Position numbers and translations under genes: made by a program
DNA from: Craspedostauros australis
Taxonomy: Eukaryota
DNA length: 52,338 nt
Assembly: GCA_030167865.1 (NCBI GenBank)
Contig: JALAGF010006363.1
Location: 1-52,338 of the forward strand
Reading direction: 5' to 3'
Shown: piece after piece, positions 10,084 through 21,263 of the stretch
Position numbering within the stretch: position 1 is the first letter of the stretch
How the letters are laid out: each line of letters opens with the position of its first letter
The notes under the pieces: model-generated
Seen by the model: the letters and a program-made list of their open reading frames with translations, nothing else
What the model was told of the DNA's origin: nothing
Database searches by the model: none

Positions 10084-10929
10084 TCACGAGTGTTCGCACA
10101 CATCGGACAACGTGACGAGATCGGAGTATGCCCGGATGCTATCGATCGTCGTGCCTCCATCAACCTGCGATCTTTGCAGCAGAATCACTCTGTACGCTCC
10201 ATCCTCCAGGTCGGTGGATATTGGCAAAATGACATGCTCAATCTTGCCTGTGCAGTTGTCATCATGGCACGCCGGAAACGCCGCGGCGTCGGGCATCATC
10301 GTCGAGACGACATCGCCGTTGGCTTGCGGCGCGAACACGATGACATTGTTCGGACCGGCGCTGCATTGGATGATTCCAACGACGAGTTCATCAGTGCCCG
10401 GAGTCAAGCATGTGCGGTTGATGGACACGGATTCAACGCATTCCGGCGGCGCGGACGCTATCGAACTGTCGGTCGAGGTGCCGTTTGCTCTCGTGTACAT
10501 GACGGCAATGACGATCGTAGCAACGGCAGACGCCACTAGCAGAACGATCAATGCAATGCACGCCTTCTTGCGATTGCTCCGTCTGAGACATGTTTGGATC
10601 CATGCTGGAGCGCCTGTGCTTCTCCTGCCGTCGCCCTTGTTGCGGGAACGATCACCGCTATGATCGTTCCCAACTTCCAATTCACCATCGTCGCTTGGAG
10701 TGGATGAGGATTCCGCGGTGGGTATTGCCAAGACATGGTCGTGCAACGCAGTTGCCGAGGCCTTCGTGGGAGTCTTGTCTGTTCTGTATTCATCGAATGG
10801 CCTCTCCTCCTCCCCGCAAACAATGGACATGATCGACCGCGGATGCAGATCATCGACGTGCTCATCGGAGGTCGTGGCGCTTTCGAAATCCACGCGCAAC
10901 GGCAGCTGTCCTTCGTTTCGCAGCGGCAT
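10084..10929 (-). CDS. Type II single-pass membrane protein with C-terminal 6-Cys domain (family member A, very short stalk)
   Basis: First ATG at 10929 (the track ORF starts at a GTG). Acidic N-terminus, RRSNRKK followed by TM ACIALIVLLVASAVATIVIAVMY. Cys pattern and G.Y...LL / A.S motifs align with 20271..21263 and 22953..24524. Confidence 0.75.
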   Translation of the reverse strand: MPLRNEGQLPLRVDFESATTSDEHVDDLHPRSIMSIVCGEEERPFDEYRTDKTPTKASATALHDHVLAIPTAESSSTPSDDGELEVGNDHSGDRSRNKGDGRRSTGAPAWIQTCLRRSNRKKACIALIVLLVASAVATIVIAVMYTRANGTSTDSSIASAPPECVESVSINRTCLTPGTDELVVGIIQCSAGPNNVIVFAPQANGDVVSTMMPDAAAFPACHDDNCTGKIEHVILPISTDLEDGAYRVILLQRSQVDGGTTIDSIRAYSDLVTLSDVCEHS

Positions 10930-11715
10930 GATAATGATTTGCGGAAGAGAGAACGGGAAGAATCTGGTGGAGCCGGAGGACAATGTGGTTGGCACTCTCT
11001 CTGTCTCTCTCCAATGAAGTCGAGTAAATGTGGTGGACAGCGAAAGTTAGCAAGTCGACGTTGAGCAATGCGAAATATACGTGGAGCAGAGCAATGCAAT
11101 CCGATCTTATGGTTCCAACCTTTGTGTCCTCATGTCCGTTGCGACTGTCATCTCAGGCTTCATGCTGTCTCGTTGACATGCAATCTGAGACCAGCCCACT
11201 ACCGAACCGTGCCATCCTGCCTCCCAGCATCATATCCAATGATGTCTCATGTTCTTGTTTGGCTCGTGCTTGACTGCTTGATTGAGTACGACATGACATG
11301 ACATGTTGAGTTCAAACCTCACCTGACCGGACCAAACACTTGGTGTGAGTGGAAGAGTATGGCAAAATGTGAACATGAGTTGCGTGTGTTTCGTGAAGGA
11401 GAAAAACGGTTATCAGTCTTGTGTGCGCATCTGAATCGCGAATTATCGCATTAGTCGTGTATAAATGATGTAAGTCGTGGTTCTGGATTCTGAGTCTAGT
11501 GTTACTCAAATATCAATATGACAATTCACACGATACAAATTTGACCTACTTTTATGGGCAAAAAGGACAACTGAATATTCATAGTGGTATTTTAGTTGAT
11601 GGCCACAAGATCGTGGAATTTCGCAAACACGCTCGCAGAACATGTTGCAGCTGATGCCAACTGGACCAAGCTGACACATCCACCTCTCCGCGAAGTCATT
11701 GAGGGACCGCTGAAG

Positions 11716-12989
11716 ATGAGGTCTATGAACGCACCGGTTAGAATGGCCATGAGGATATCTAAGACAATGTGCCTGCAGCGGGTTGCAGCTTCGCGGGCGT
11801 TCTCCAGTCCCTCGTCTCAGTCTGCGCGCTCGTACGGGTACTCGGGAATACTGGATCAGCAGTCAACCCGCAGGCACTTCATCTTTGGCGCCAATACGGA
11901 TGTTGGGAAGACGCTGGTATCTGCAGGATTGATGCGAGCCTCCTTGGCAGAAGTAAATGATGCAACGGCTGATGCGGACGGTGGACGGCGCGTGCACTAT
12001 CTGAAGCCGCTTCAATGCGGTGGGTCGGACGACGGCTTCGTCGTCAAATACGGACTGCCGTCTGCGACAACGACGAAACCGCAGAACATGACGACCACAC
12101 TGTTCTCTTGGGACTCCTTTACTTCGCCCCATGTTGCTGCTCGAATCGAGAACAAGCCAGTCAGCGACGATGAGGTGCACGCACGATTTCAGCAATTCTT
12201 GAGGGAACGGTCGTGCGATACATCAACATTATGGATCGAGACTGCCGGCGGAGTGCTGAGTCCCTCATCATCATCACCTGAGAATGTGGTAGATGGTCAT
12301 GTCGATTCTAGCATGACTCGGTGGGGCTGGATACCGCAGAGTGATCTCTACAAGAAATACGCAGCTGATGCATCCGTGGTGCTCGTTGGTGATGGTCGAT
12401 TGGGTGGCATCAGCGCGACGCTGTCGGCGTTGGAAAGCCTTCTGTCGAGAGACTTCACGGTTGATGGCATCGTGCTGCTGGAGACCGAATTCGATAATCG
12501 GAGTGCCTTGAGGGAATATGTCAGTTGGTAAGCTGGAGTTGCGCAGGAGAAGTGAAGCGATGTGTTGCATCTCTTAGGAGGAGAGAGCGTCTTCGCAAAG
12601 CTCCGGATGGAACGGGTGTTGTCAATTGGTTGCTCGAGTTGACGCGAAGGAACTCATAAACGCCGCCTCCTCCAAGTATGTAGCTTTCGCTGGCAATGTC
12701 GGCGTTCCTCATTCATGTTCCACACGTTTACTGGCTCACCTCTTCGCATGCACTGATGTATTCATCCATTCGCCCACTATCTTTCTTTGAACTAAGGAAC
12801 GCGCCGGCGGTGAGAAAGCAAGAAGATGTCTTCTCCACATACGAATCATCGATCATCTCCCTGCCGACGCCTCCACCGGAACCTGAACCGCTGTTCGAAT
12901 GGTACGACAAGCCAGAAGTGAAAGACTGCCTCGCAGCTTTCAACACGCACCTGTCAAAAGTTTGGAAGTCGCGGCATGGTATGGCCTGA
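11716..12989 (+). CDS. bioD: Dethiobiotin synthetase (BIO3/BioD domain only), 2 exons, likely mitochondrial
   Basis: P-loop IFGANTDVGKT, YLKPLQCG, SPHVAA, IETAGGVLSP, VLVGDGRLGGISATLSALESL. Exons about 11716..12527 and 12797..12989. Phase-2 intron GTAAGC...TAAG (12528..12796) restores the frame (YVSW|NAPAV). Start uncertain (11599, 11716 or a later Met); R/S-rich presequence. Confidence 0.85.
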
Positions 12990-13937
12990 AGTGAACTGGG
13001 TTAAAGCCTATTCTACTCCGCATACTCGTAACGTGCATACTCGTACTGTGCTTGCAATTACAAGCATGGTAAGCACACCTTGTGGAGGATTCTACCGTAG
13101 TCACGCCATGCACATACGAAAGTACTATCCACACTATTAGATTGCCTGTGCATCTGCGTGCATACGACTTGATGTATTATATATTATGAGGTGCCACAAG
13201 GCGACACAATCGTTGATCGGCTTTGCCAATCTTGGATGCCGTTTTGACATGGCTTTGAACTGTTTTCGTTGCTCTTTCTCTGAAGGATACACGAACGATG
13301 GCCGGTGTTCGGTCTAACCTTCTGCCATCTCTTCTGAGTCTCATCTTGTGAATCTTCGTCAAGCGCATACGTATGGTACAGTGGAGTGTTGTTTGCTTCA
13401 CTCGTCTCACGAAGAGCGCGGCGTGGTGAGCTGCTGCTTGTGGTTGCGAGAACAATCGCACTGGCTTCCTTGCCTTTGTGCCGACGAGAACACTTCGTCG
13501 GATCGGCCTTTGTGGAAAGGAGGCCTCCCACCAGAACGGCCGAGAAGAACGCGAAGGGCGTGGTTGTAAAACAACGGCGTGCAACCCGTTGTTCGCCAAG
13601 CCTTCGTTTCTTCATGTGCTTCCAGTCCGATAACAGAGCTGTCTTCTGGTTCCACTATGTGGCCATCTCTCGGAGTCGTCAATGGACTCTCCCTTCCTGC
13701 CACCTTCTTCCAAGGTTTCCCTTCCTCTCTCTCTCTTTTATTCTCAATTCACATCGTGTGCGTGTGTGTTTTTATGAACCCAGCACCCCATGCATGCCTG
13801 CATGCAAATTTTCCTGTTCTCTATTGTTTTCGGTTATGCTCGTACCATACTGTGTTGGCCTACGCCCTCGCGCACAAACGTGTTGACGCAAGGCCTTTGC
13901 ATGCGCAGAGCGATGCCATTGTCGACGTCGCCGTGCG

Positions 13938-14342
13938 TCACCGCCTGGATGTCTGTGTACGACCACGCCGACGAGTATTACTCTCGTCCAGATACAGTTT
14001 CCATTTGTCATCGGGTCGCACCATGGATTTCATCCGTGACGCCTCCTGCCGATGGTGCTGGTGTTGCTTATCCGAAAACTGCCTTGAATCGCCCATGCGG
14101 AGACTGCAGAGCTCCGAGACGCTATCATCGGAGCCGTCGTCAAAGGCAATGTCGGTCGGCACTGACGGCTTTTTCGGCGGTGTGGGCGTGCGATCCTGAA
14201 AGACCAGATCATTCCACAGGTCTTCGTCGCCATTGCAACGATCGCCGCCGATCTCATCCGGATCGAACAGTATGTCCTGGACCGTGGTGCATGCGTCGCA
14301 TAGCACGCTTTCTTTCAATACGCGTGGGAGTTGCAGGTTCAT
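13938..14342 (-). CDS. Hypothetical low-complexity protein (134 aa, may be incomplete)
   Basis: ATG preceded by a CAA-rich leader (acaaccatcaaacatcaagcATG) like other genes here. Acidic VPTDIAFDDGSDDSVSEL segment. No recognisable domain. Confidence 0.35.
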   Translation of the reverse strand: MNLQLPRVLKESVLCDACTTVQDILFDPDEIGGDRCNGDEDLWNDLVFQDRTPTPPKKPSVPTDIAFDDGSDDSVSELCSLRMGDSRQFSDKQHQHHRQEASRMKSMVRPDDKWKLYLDESNTRRRGRTQTSRR

Positions 14343-15263
14343 GCTTGATGTTTGATGGTTGTGTATTGTTGGAATCGTCTTCGTGTGTTCGTTGAAATGA
14401 ACGGATTATGTGGAGTATGATGGGCTGGGGGAGAGGTGATGGTGTTGGTGTTGGCGACTCTGGTCTACTCGATGCTCGTCCTTCGTGATCTGTGTCGTTG
14501 ATGTTGACAATGCTGGTGGAATGCAAGTTACTTGGATGCTGCTGCGAATAGAGTGCTGAATGAGTTGTGATCCTTCTGTTGTTGATACTCGTACATTTAC
14601 AATGATGGCCATGCATCAACGTCCATCAGCGTCTGTGGACATGCGCCGGTTGATGATGGCTCCCGTCTTGTTCTTCGAGAGATGTTTGACAGGGGATGAG
14701 TACTGAAATTTTGTTTGTCAGGAACGTTGTAAAAGGCTGAAGGGAAATGGATGTGGTTGGAGTGAGTTGATGTTGCTCGCAGCCGAGATTTGTGGCGAGT
14801 GAACACGTTTTGTCTCCGTTGATGTCCGATGTTGAACCTTTACTTAAGGCGTGTGACAATGGAAAAGGCGTGACGAGCTCGGCACTCTTGAATCGAATTG
14901 CAACGGTCGGCAAGAACGCAATCCGTTGATAGGCTCAAATTTTGAAAGCAAACGTGTGAGCCACAATCTCGATGCCCACCACTCCGCCACAATCCGATTG
15001 CAGGAGCTTCGTTCATCACGTCAACTTCACTCTCTTTGCTGCAGACCTATCATCGGCCTTGGCGCAGTCTGTGTACTACTCGCACCTTGCTCTGCTCGCA
15101 ATCACACCACCGCCATCACCATTCGCCATCTGTGCCCGCGTTCATCCAACCAATCAATCAGCGACCATCATGTCCCTGCAAATAAAACGCATCCCGAAGC
15201 TCTCTGCTGCCTGATTGACGGACTGTAGCCTCTCTCTTTTTCCTTCGAATCATGGTTGTGATT

Positions 15264-15287
15264 CCTCTCTCTCTCTCTCTCTCTCTC
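15264..15287. repeat. (CT)n microsatellite
   Basis: About 12 CT units. Confidence 0.85.
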
Positions 15288-15906
15288 CACGATCGAAACA
15301 CGCCTCTTCCAAGAGAGATTGTCACAAACACGATGATGTGCTTTTCGTCAATGGTGTGTACAGGCGATGGTACAAGTGCTTGCGGCTCCAATTTGTCGGT
15401 AATCCTCATCAAGGATTGGAGACATGAACGAGAGTTCCTTCTTTTGTGTGATGGGGGCATGGTCCCATCCTCGTACGCATGTACCATACGAGCACGACAT
15501 GAAGAATGTCGATTCTGCTCAATCTACCATGCATGTTCGAATGAATGAACGAGTGGAGTATTCGTAGAGTGGCGGCGATGCCACCGTCGCATACTTCGTC
15601 GACCCAGATGCGCCTCTTCTCAGGTAGCAGAGTGTTCGTATCCTGTCGAGAAGAGCAATACCAGTCGCATGCGCTACAAACGGGATCTCGCACTTGGTTT
15701 GTCGTCGTACTCGCATGATGGCTTGTTTCATCATGCGCATCATATTCGCCACGCGATCTCGCCGCGATCAAATGCAAGTCAATGAAATGCTGCGCAGTGA
15801 ATCCATGTGAGTGCGCGGACGAATGAATGAATGATAGAACAATGCACGAGTGAGGCGGGTTGCTTGCCGAAAATTCGTCACGGTTTAATTTTTCAGAATG
15901 CTTCGT

Positions 15907-17619
15907 TCAAGTGCAATGCGAAGAATCACCGGGGTAAAGAATCGCATGGATCCGATGCATGTAATCGGGATCCTTGATGAGATGGAAGGCGATGCTGTCG
16001 GGAGCTATCGTCGACGTGATTGACTGCGGCGCGGCGCTGCCCGTGTCAACTGCCTCGACAATCATGCCTGCGACGTGCGGTGCCGTTCCCACAGGAATGC
16101 TCTGGATCCATCGCAGCTGTTCAATCCACGAAAAGTCTGTGGTGTTGTCGGCAAATGATGCCGTGGTGTGCTGTGCGAGTGTCTTTGGATCGTAATGATG
16201 GTATCTCGACTGCCCATTGCGGTTGCGCGTGTCATAGCCAAAGACATTCTCATGCCACAGGCACTTGCCCATGAAGAGGTCCTCGGCGCTGTGCACCTTG
16301 TCGTGCGGGCATCTCGCAGTTTCTGCTTGCAATGACTTATCGACGAAGAGCGCGAGCGCGGCGCGGTTGAGCGTGTATCCAGGTCCGCCCCCATTGTAGT
16401 AGAACTCAGGACTTGGCAAGCTCTTTGGATTGCGCCATGTTGGTCGGATCCACCCGCCAAGGTACAACGGCATGGTGTCGTCGTGTGCGTGCGCGTCCAG
16501 GCCAATGCCGTTCACAAAGGCACGCAGGTTGTCAACGACGACGTAGGTGTCATCGCCGCAAACGTGAAAGTGGCTGTAGTCATCCAGAAAGTTGCTGTGG
16601 ACGTAAACAAGCGTGCTCGTGACCTTCTGCCAAATGGAATCGTACGATCCCTGCTTGCCCTTGTGGGGAATGTAAACCGTGCCAGTCGATGGATCTGTGA
16701 AGGTGGACGATGCCAAGAATCCATCGCATTTGGGTGCCCAGGTGTTGCGGATGGCTTCAAGTCGTTCTCTCGTACCATGGTAGGTGTAAACGATGCACAT
16801 GATTCTGGCAGCACTGCGGATGATAGAGTGATTGCGAATGCGGTGGGAAGCACCGTCTTGTGTGGCACGAGTGCGCGCAGGAGTCGACAGCTGATCGCGG
16901 ATCTTCTGAAGCGCTTGGTATCCTTCCATTCCTTCATGACCCCGTCCAGGCGATGCACAAACGACCGCGCGGCTTGGTTTGGGGCCATCCGGAGACGTGG
17001 AAACCCCATCGCTCTGCGTTGCTGCATTTAGCAGAACCTTGGGGTTGTGGACGTAGCCCCAATTCCCTGCTGCATCCACCGCCCCACCAAAGGGATGCGG
17101 CCGAGGTGGTTTCATGGCATCGCGACACGAGGCAGCGAGTTTCGATTTCGGCCTTTGAGATCGGAGACAGTTGATGACATCGCCGAGGTTCGCGGATTGG
17201 TTTTGAAGCACCGTGCCGTTTGAGTTGCCGTCCTCGACAGCGCTCTCCTGCCTGTGGCCATTCGATGGATGCCGTCCTGATGGCGACGCAGTGGAAGATG
17301 AGGACGGACAGAGGCGCTCTATATCACCTCGACATGCCACCAAGAAGTTGTTCTTCGCCGCATGCGCAGACTGGTTCAGACTCGCTCGATCGGCGGGAGT
17401 GCTGCGAAGGGGGGTGGCGTCCAAGGGAATCGTCACCGACCTGATCGACGCGTTCAGCATCCCTGTCACAACGATGCAGAGACATACGAACAGCGCGTAC
17501 TTCTTCCATCTGTGCTTGACCGTGCTGACCACGTGGCTGTTGTCGTTATTGCTGCTGTTATTGCTGCTGCTGCGCTTGTGATTCTGAAATAGCTTTCGTC
17601 GGGCATGACGTTGAATCAT
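15907..17619 (-). CDS. GT31 glycosyltransferase, core 1 beta-1,3-galactosyltransferase (C1GalT1/Fringe-like), type II membrane, with a Cys-rich GLG1-like repeat in the stem
   Basis: RIMCIVYT, TWAPKCDGF, IWQKV, HVCGDDTY, PLYLG, YNGGGPGYTLNRAAL, AEDLFMGKCL, SIAFH. N-terminal TM YALFVCLCIVVTGMLNA. First ATG at 17619. Confidence 0.88.
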   Translation of the reverse strand: MIQRHARRKLFQNHKRSSSNNSSNNDNSHVVSTVKHRWKKYALFVCLCIVVTGMLNASIRSVTIPLDATPLRSTPADRASLNQSAHAAKNNFLVACRGDIERLCPSSSSTASPSGRHPSNGHRQESAVEDGNSNGTVLQNQSANLGDVINCLRSQRPKSKLAASCRDAMKPPRPHPFGGAVDAAGNWGYVHNPKVLLNAATQSDGVSTSPDGPKPSRAVVCASPGRGHEGMEGYQALQKIRDQLSTPARTRATQDGASHRIRNHSIIRSAARIMCIVYTYHGTRERLEAIRNTWAPKCDGFLASSTFTDPSTGTVYIPHKGKQGSYDSIWQKVTSTLVYVHSNFLDDYSHFHVCGDDTYVVVDNLRAFVNGIGLDAHAHDDTMPLYLGGWIRPTWRNPKSLPSPEFYYNGGGPGYTLNRAALALFVDKSLQAETARCPHDKVHSAEDLFMGKCLWHENVFGYDTRNRNGQSRYHHYDPKTLAQHTTASFADNTTDFSWIEQLRWIQSIPVGTAPHVAGMIVEAVDTGSAAPQSITSTIAPDSIAFHLIKDPDYMHRIHAILYPGDSSHCT

Positions 17620-18206
17620 AGAGTAGCCGTATGCATGTGGATACTGAATGGGTGGTGAGCAAGTTGTGAGCAAGTTGTGGAAGGTATGGACAGTGAGCGA
17701 TGGATAACAGCGCGTCAATCAATGCTCGAGGCACGTGGTCGATGATGCTCGCTTGATGATTCTGAATGAAGGGAGAGAGAAGCAAGCAAGAAAGAAAGAT
17801 CGCAGCAAAGCACAAAGACGCGTCACTCTCTTCGCGTTGTTGTGCCTCATGTTTTTGTTCGTGTTGTTCGCCAAACGAAATGTTTGACGGAAGCAAGATA
17901 TTTAGTCCCGCCACCGTTCAATCATGAATCATCACCAACCACCAACAGCAACACCAACAAAACGAGAAAAACTGATCGACCATGACGTTTTCGTTTCGCA
18001 AGACAACAACACGACGGCTTCAAAACTGAAACACCACGCTCACCGCGAATGGTGTTACGATCGATACGTGCGAACGCAGCACAATCTCACTGAACTCTGC
18101 TCTACTCGACCATACTCTCCGGGTGATCTCTGGAATACAACACTCCACTTGATTTCACACAAGAACATCTCCATTCACGGCCTCCATTCAACCAGGAACA
18201 AGAACG

Positions 18207-18749
18207 ATGCCATCAAGCCTTCAGCTTGCTTCGCGTGGAGAAACACGGTCAAACGTGCCGTCCACCACCACCAACAGCAACAACAGCAACAACAGCAACA
18301 ACAACAAGAGTAACGCCACAAAGGAAAAGCAGTGCAAGGGACAGTTCGAATCATGCTTTGCGTCAGGGTTGGACTTGTCTGAATTCACGGGCGGTGCTTC
18401 CAAGGGCAAAGCAGATGCCCCACCAACACAAAGCGCGTCATCCCAACTGCTCAAGACCAAATTGGAAGAAAAGAGGATACGCGAAGTGCAGCAACAGGAG
18501 GAAGTCAAGATGAACGCGGTACTTGCGCAGCGCATCGCAACGATGAAGCAGCAAGCGACAAACAAGAAGAGCCAGGCAGATCATTTCCTGGTGTCCGCGT
18601 TGGTCAACATGCACAGCACGGATCATGCCGCCGTGCATCGAAAGGGCAAGAAGAGATCATCGCAGACGCTCTCGCATCCAACCTCCGCATCACGATCGGC
18701 CAAGGGCGTCAAGAAGAAGAAGCAGGCGGCCAAATTTCGCCGGAGATGA
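18207..18749 (+). CDS. Hypothetical small basic protein (180 aa) with Lys/Arg-rich C-terminus
   Basis: ATG ORF divergent from the GT31 gene. Asn-rich repeat, coiled-coil-like centre, ends KKKKQAAKFRRR (NLS/nucleolar-like). Confidence 0.6.
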   Translation: MPSSLQLASRGETRSNVPSTTTNSNNSNNSNNNKSNATKEKQCKGQFESCFASGLDLSEFTGGASKGKADAPPTQSASSQLLKTKLEEKRIREVQQQEEVKMNAVLAQRIATMKQQATNKKSQADHFLVSALVNMHSTDHAAVHRKGKKRSSQTLSHPTSASRSAKGVKKKKQAAKFRRR

Positions 18750-20270
18750 TGGGTAACAATGGTGGTGGCTGTGGGGTTGCCGTCGTCAAACGCGCGGGTG
18801 GCGAGGCGGTCTGCCTGCCATGGCCGTCTCTTCATCTTCCAAAGACACACAGAGTGGACAGTTTCCATTCGTCAACGCGCAGCAATGGCAATGGATGGAG
18901 ACACCCTGCGCACTCGTATTCGTACGTCCGGCTGATACCATTGGTTGACCTTAGTATTGGTATTCACGGCGTGGATTGTGCCAAACGACATCCTTGGCAG
19001 ATACGTACGAATACGGCAGCCAACATTCACTACTCTGTGATTTAGTCTGCAGAAGGTCTCGAAGAACACCGCCATCACCAACAACAGTAGTAGCAGAATG
19101 ATCTGTTGAATGGTCGACACAATTGCAGCAGTGAACCATACGAAGAACTGTGGCTGTGATAGAGATCAAACGAAGATGTAAGAAGCGTTCTTGCGACTTC
19201 GGCGCTTGTCAAAGCTGGAGAGAGTGCGGATAGAGCATTCTACCTTCATTGCAATTCCACGGAGGAGACGCACCTGCCTCTCTGCCCCTGCTTGCGGCCC
19301 GCGCCCATCTAATTTAGTTCAGAAGTCTACTCAGCTTTGTTGTGCTCGCTGTTGGTGTCGGTGACCGCCGATTGTTCTTCGGAAACTCCAGTGCCGCTCA
19401 TTGGATTTTCTATCGGATGAATGATCGGATGGTTGTTCCCTTCTGCGGAGCGTTGTTACGATGATACTGACTCGTGTTTGATTCGCGTTTGCAACGGCTG
19501 AATGGACTTGACGGTTGAGGTTTTCGGTGACTGGCGGTCATCGGGACATCAACTCACTTATTGTTCTTGGATCGGTTCATAAGTGACATGCCGACAAGAT
19601 ATGGCGCCAAACCAACAACAACGACGATACACATGAAACACTGCGTCCACAATTTTGTTGTCCAAACAAGAAATGTGTTGGCTGTGTGCACGTGATTGTG
19701 ACCGTGGAGAACGGGAGAAACGAAGAACTTGTCACATCGATTGTCACACATGGGGACGACCCCAACAGGATCCCCTCCGTCATCCACACTCCGACACAAC
19801 CAGTCAGCCTTCCATGTCACCCATCATGCCGTCCTCCACAGTGATGTCCACCAATTTGGCCAACACGTAAAAAGTGCAAACGATTCACCATCTTGTTTCT
19901 CCGTTCGCTCCTTCTTGCATTCCATCTTGCATGTACCAGCGCTGTGTTGTGCTGTGCCTGGGGTGAATGAGAAAGTGAAGAAACCTCAAGGAGAGCATCT
20001 GCAAGAACATACACGAGAACATCCACCATCTCGTTCTTCTGCACACTCTTTGCCTCGTTCCACAAGACGACTGCCTCCTGACACACAGCCACAAAGTTGT
20101 TCGTGACCTCCAACATTGCGCATACGTATACTACATACAGTTGAGTTCTGGTCGCACGAGTAGCTCGTCCACAACCATTCGCCCACATCAACCCACTCGC
20201 ACCATACCAAACGTACGTAATAGTATCATCACCACCAACATCACCACCAATATCAGGAACACCAATCAGC

Positions 20271-21263
20271 ATGGCCGAAGTAACAGACACCGCAGGATCA
20301 GGCGATGCAACACCAGCCGCCATGGAATATGAGCAGTCCTATGAGAACACCGCGGAAGCACAACCCAACGATGACCTCGTTCTGCTGGAAGACGGCAGGA
20401 CGATCGAGATCCAGGATGGCGGAGACGGATGCGTCGAGCTGACCGACGGCAACGACGCCTTCGGTGTCATGTCGACCCCGCCAGCCATGGATGGCGAGCC
20501 ATCGGAAGCCGATGAGCAAGAGCGCGTGTTCGCCGATGAGCCAAAGAGCAGCGGCGGCAAGCGAAGGAAGATGTTCGCGCTCTACGTCTTGTTGGCGATG
20601 GGATTGATCGTCGGTGTCATCACGTATTCCGTTCGCAGAAATGGTGGATCCTCGTCCTCATCAGCGCGGAGTGAAGTTGCAGGCGCGATCGGCGGCGAGA
20701 CGTCGTCCAGCAACAACAGTACCGACAATCAAAATAGCACGACGTCGCCTCCATCTGTCACACCAGATAGTGGCGTGGACGATGGTGGCAACACTACCGC
20801 AACGACAGACCTCCCAACCTCCGTCGTGACCGCCGTCAACACCACCAGCCCAACGGCGATGCCATCCGATGCTCCAACCCAAGCACCGACTGATGCGTGC
20901 GTGTCGGCCATCACAATCGACGTCCCCTGCCTCGTTAACCCGACCGTCATCAGTGCCGCATTCACGAACTGCGAACCCCTGACGAATGACTGGCTGGGCA
21001 TCTACCCTGCTCCCACCACGCCGCTGGCCGCCATGGGCGACGACTACGATGCATGGATCTGGTCGTGCGGATCCCAGGACTGCGACGACGCGTCGTCCGG
21101 AAGCCAATTCAATCTCGAGGTGCCGGCCCTGCCCAACGGTGACTATCAGCTTTTCCTGCTGCGCAACACAGACACCGGAGACGCGCCGTTCCCACTCATC
21201 GCCGCGTCCTCCGTATTCCAGATCAACGACGCGGAATGCGACTTGCTGAGAACGCAAACGTAG
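20271..21263 (+). CDS. Type II membrane protein, Ser/Thr/Pro stalk and C-terminal 6-Cys DWxGIYP domain (family member B)
   Basis: Acidic N-terminus, KRRK plus TM MFALYVLLAMGLIVGVITYSV, about 88-aa S/T/P stalk, then C...C...NCEP..DWLGIYP...GDDY..WIWSC...C...GDYQLFLLRN...C. Confidence 0.85.
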   Translation: MAEVTDTAGSGDATPAAMEYEQSYENTAEAQPNDDLVLLEDGRTIEIQDGGDGCVELTDGNDAFGVMSTPPAMDGEPSEADEQERVFADEPKSSGGKRRKMFALYVLLAMGLIVGVITYSVRRNGGSSSSSARSEVAGAIGGETSSSNNSTDNQNSTTSPPSVTPDSGVDDGGNTTATTDLPTSVVTAVNTTSPTAMPSDAPTQAPTDACVSAITIDVPCLVNPTVISAAFTNCEPLTNDWLGIYPAPTTPLAAMGDDYDAWIWSCGSQDCDDASSGSQFNLEVPALPNGDYQLFLLRNTDTGDAPFPLIAASSVFQINDAECDLLRTQT

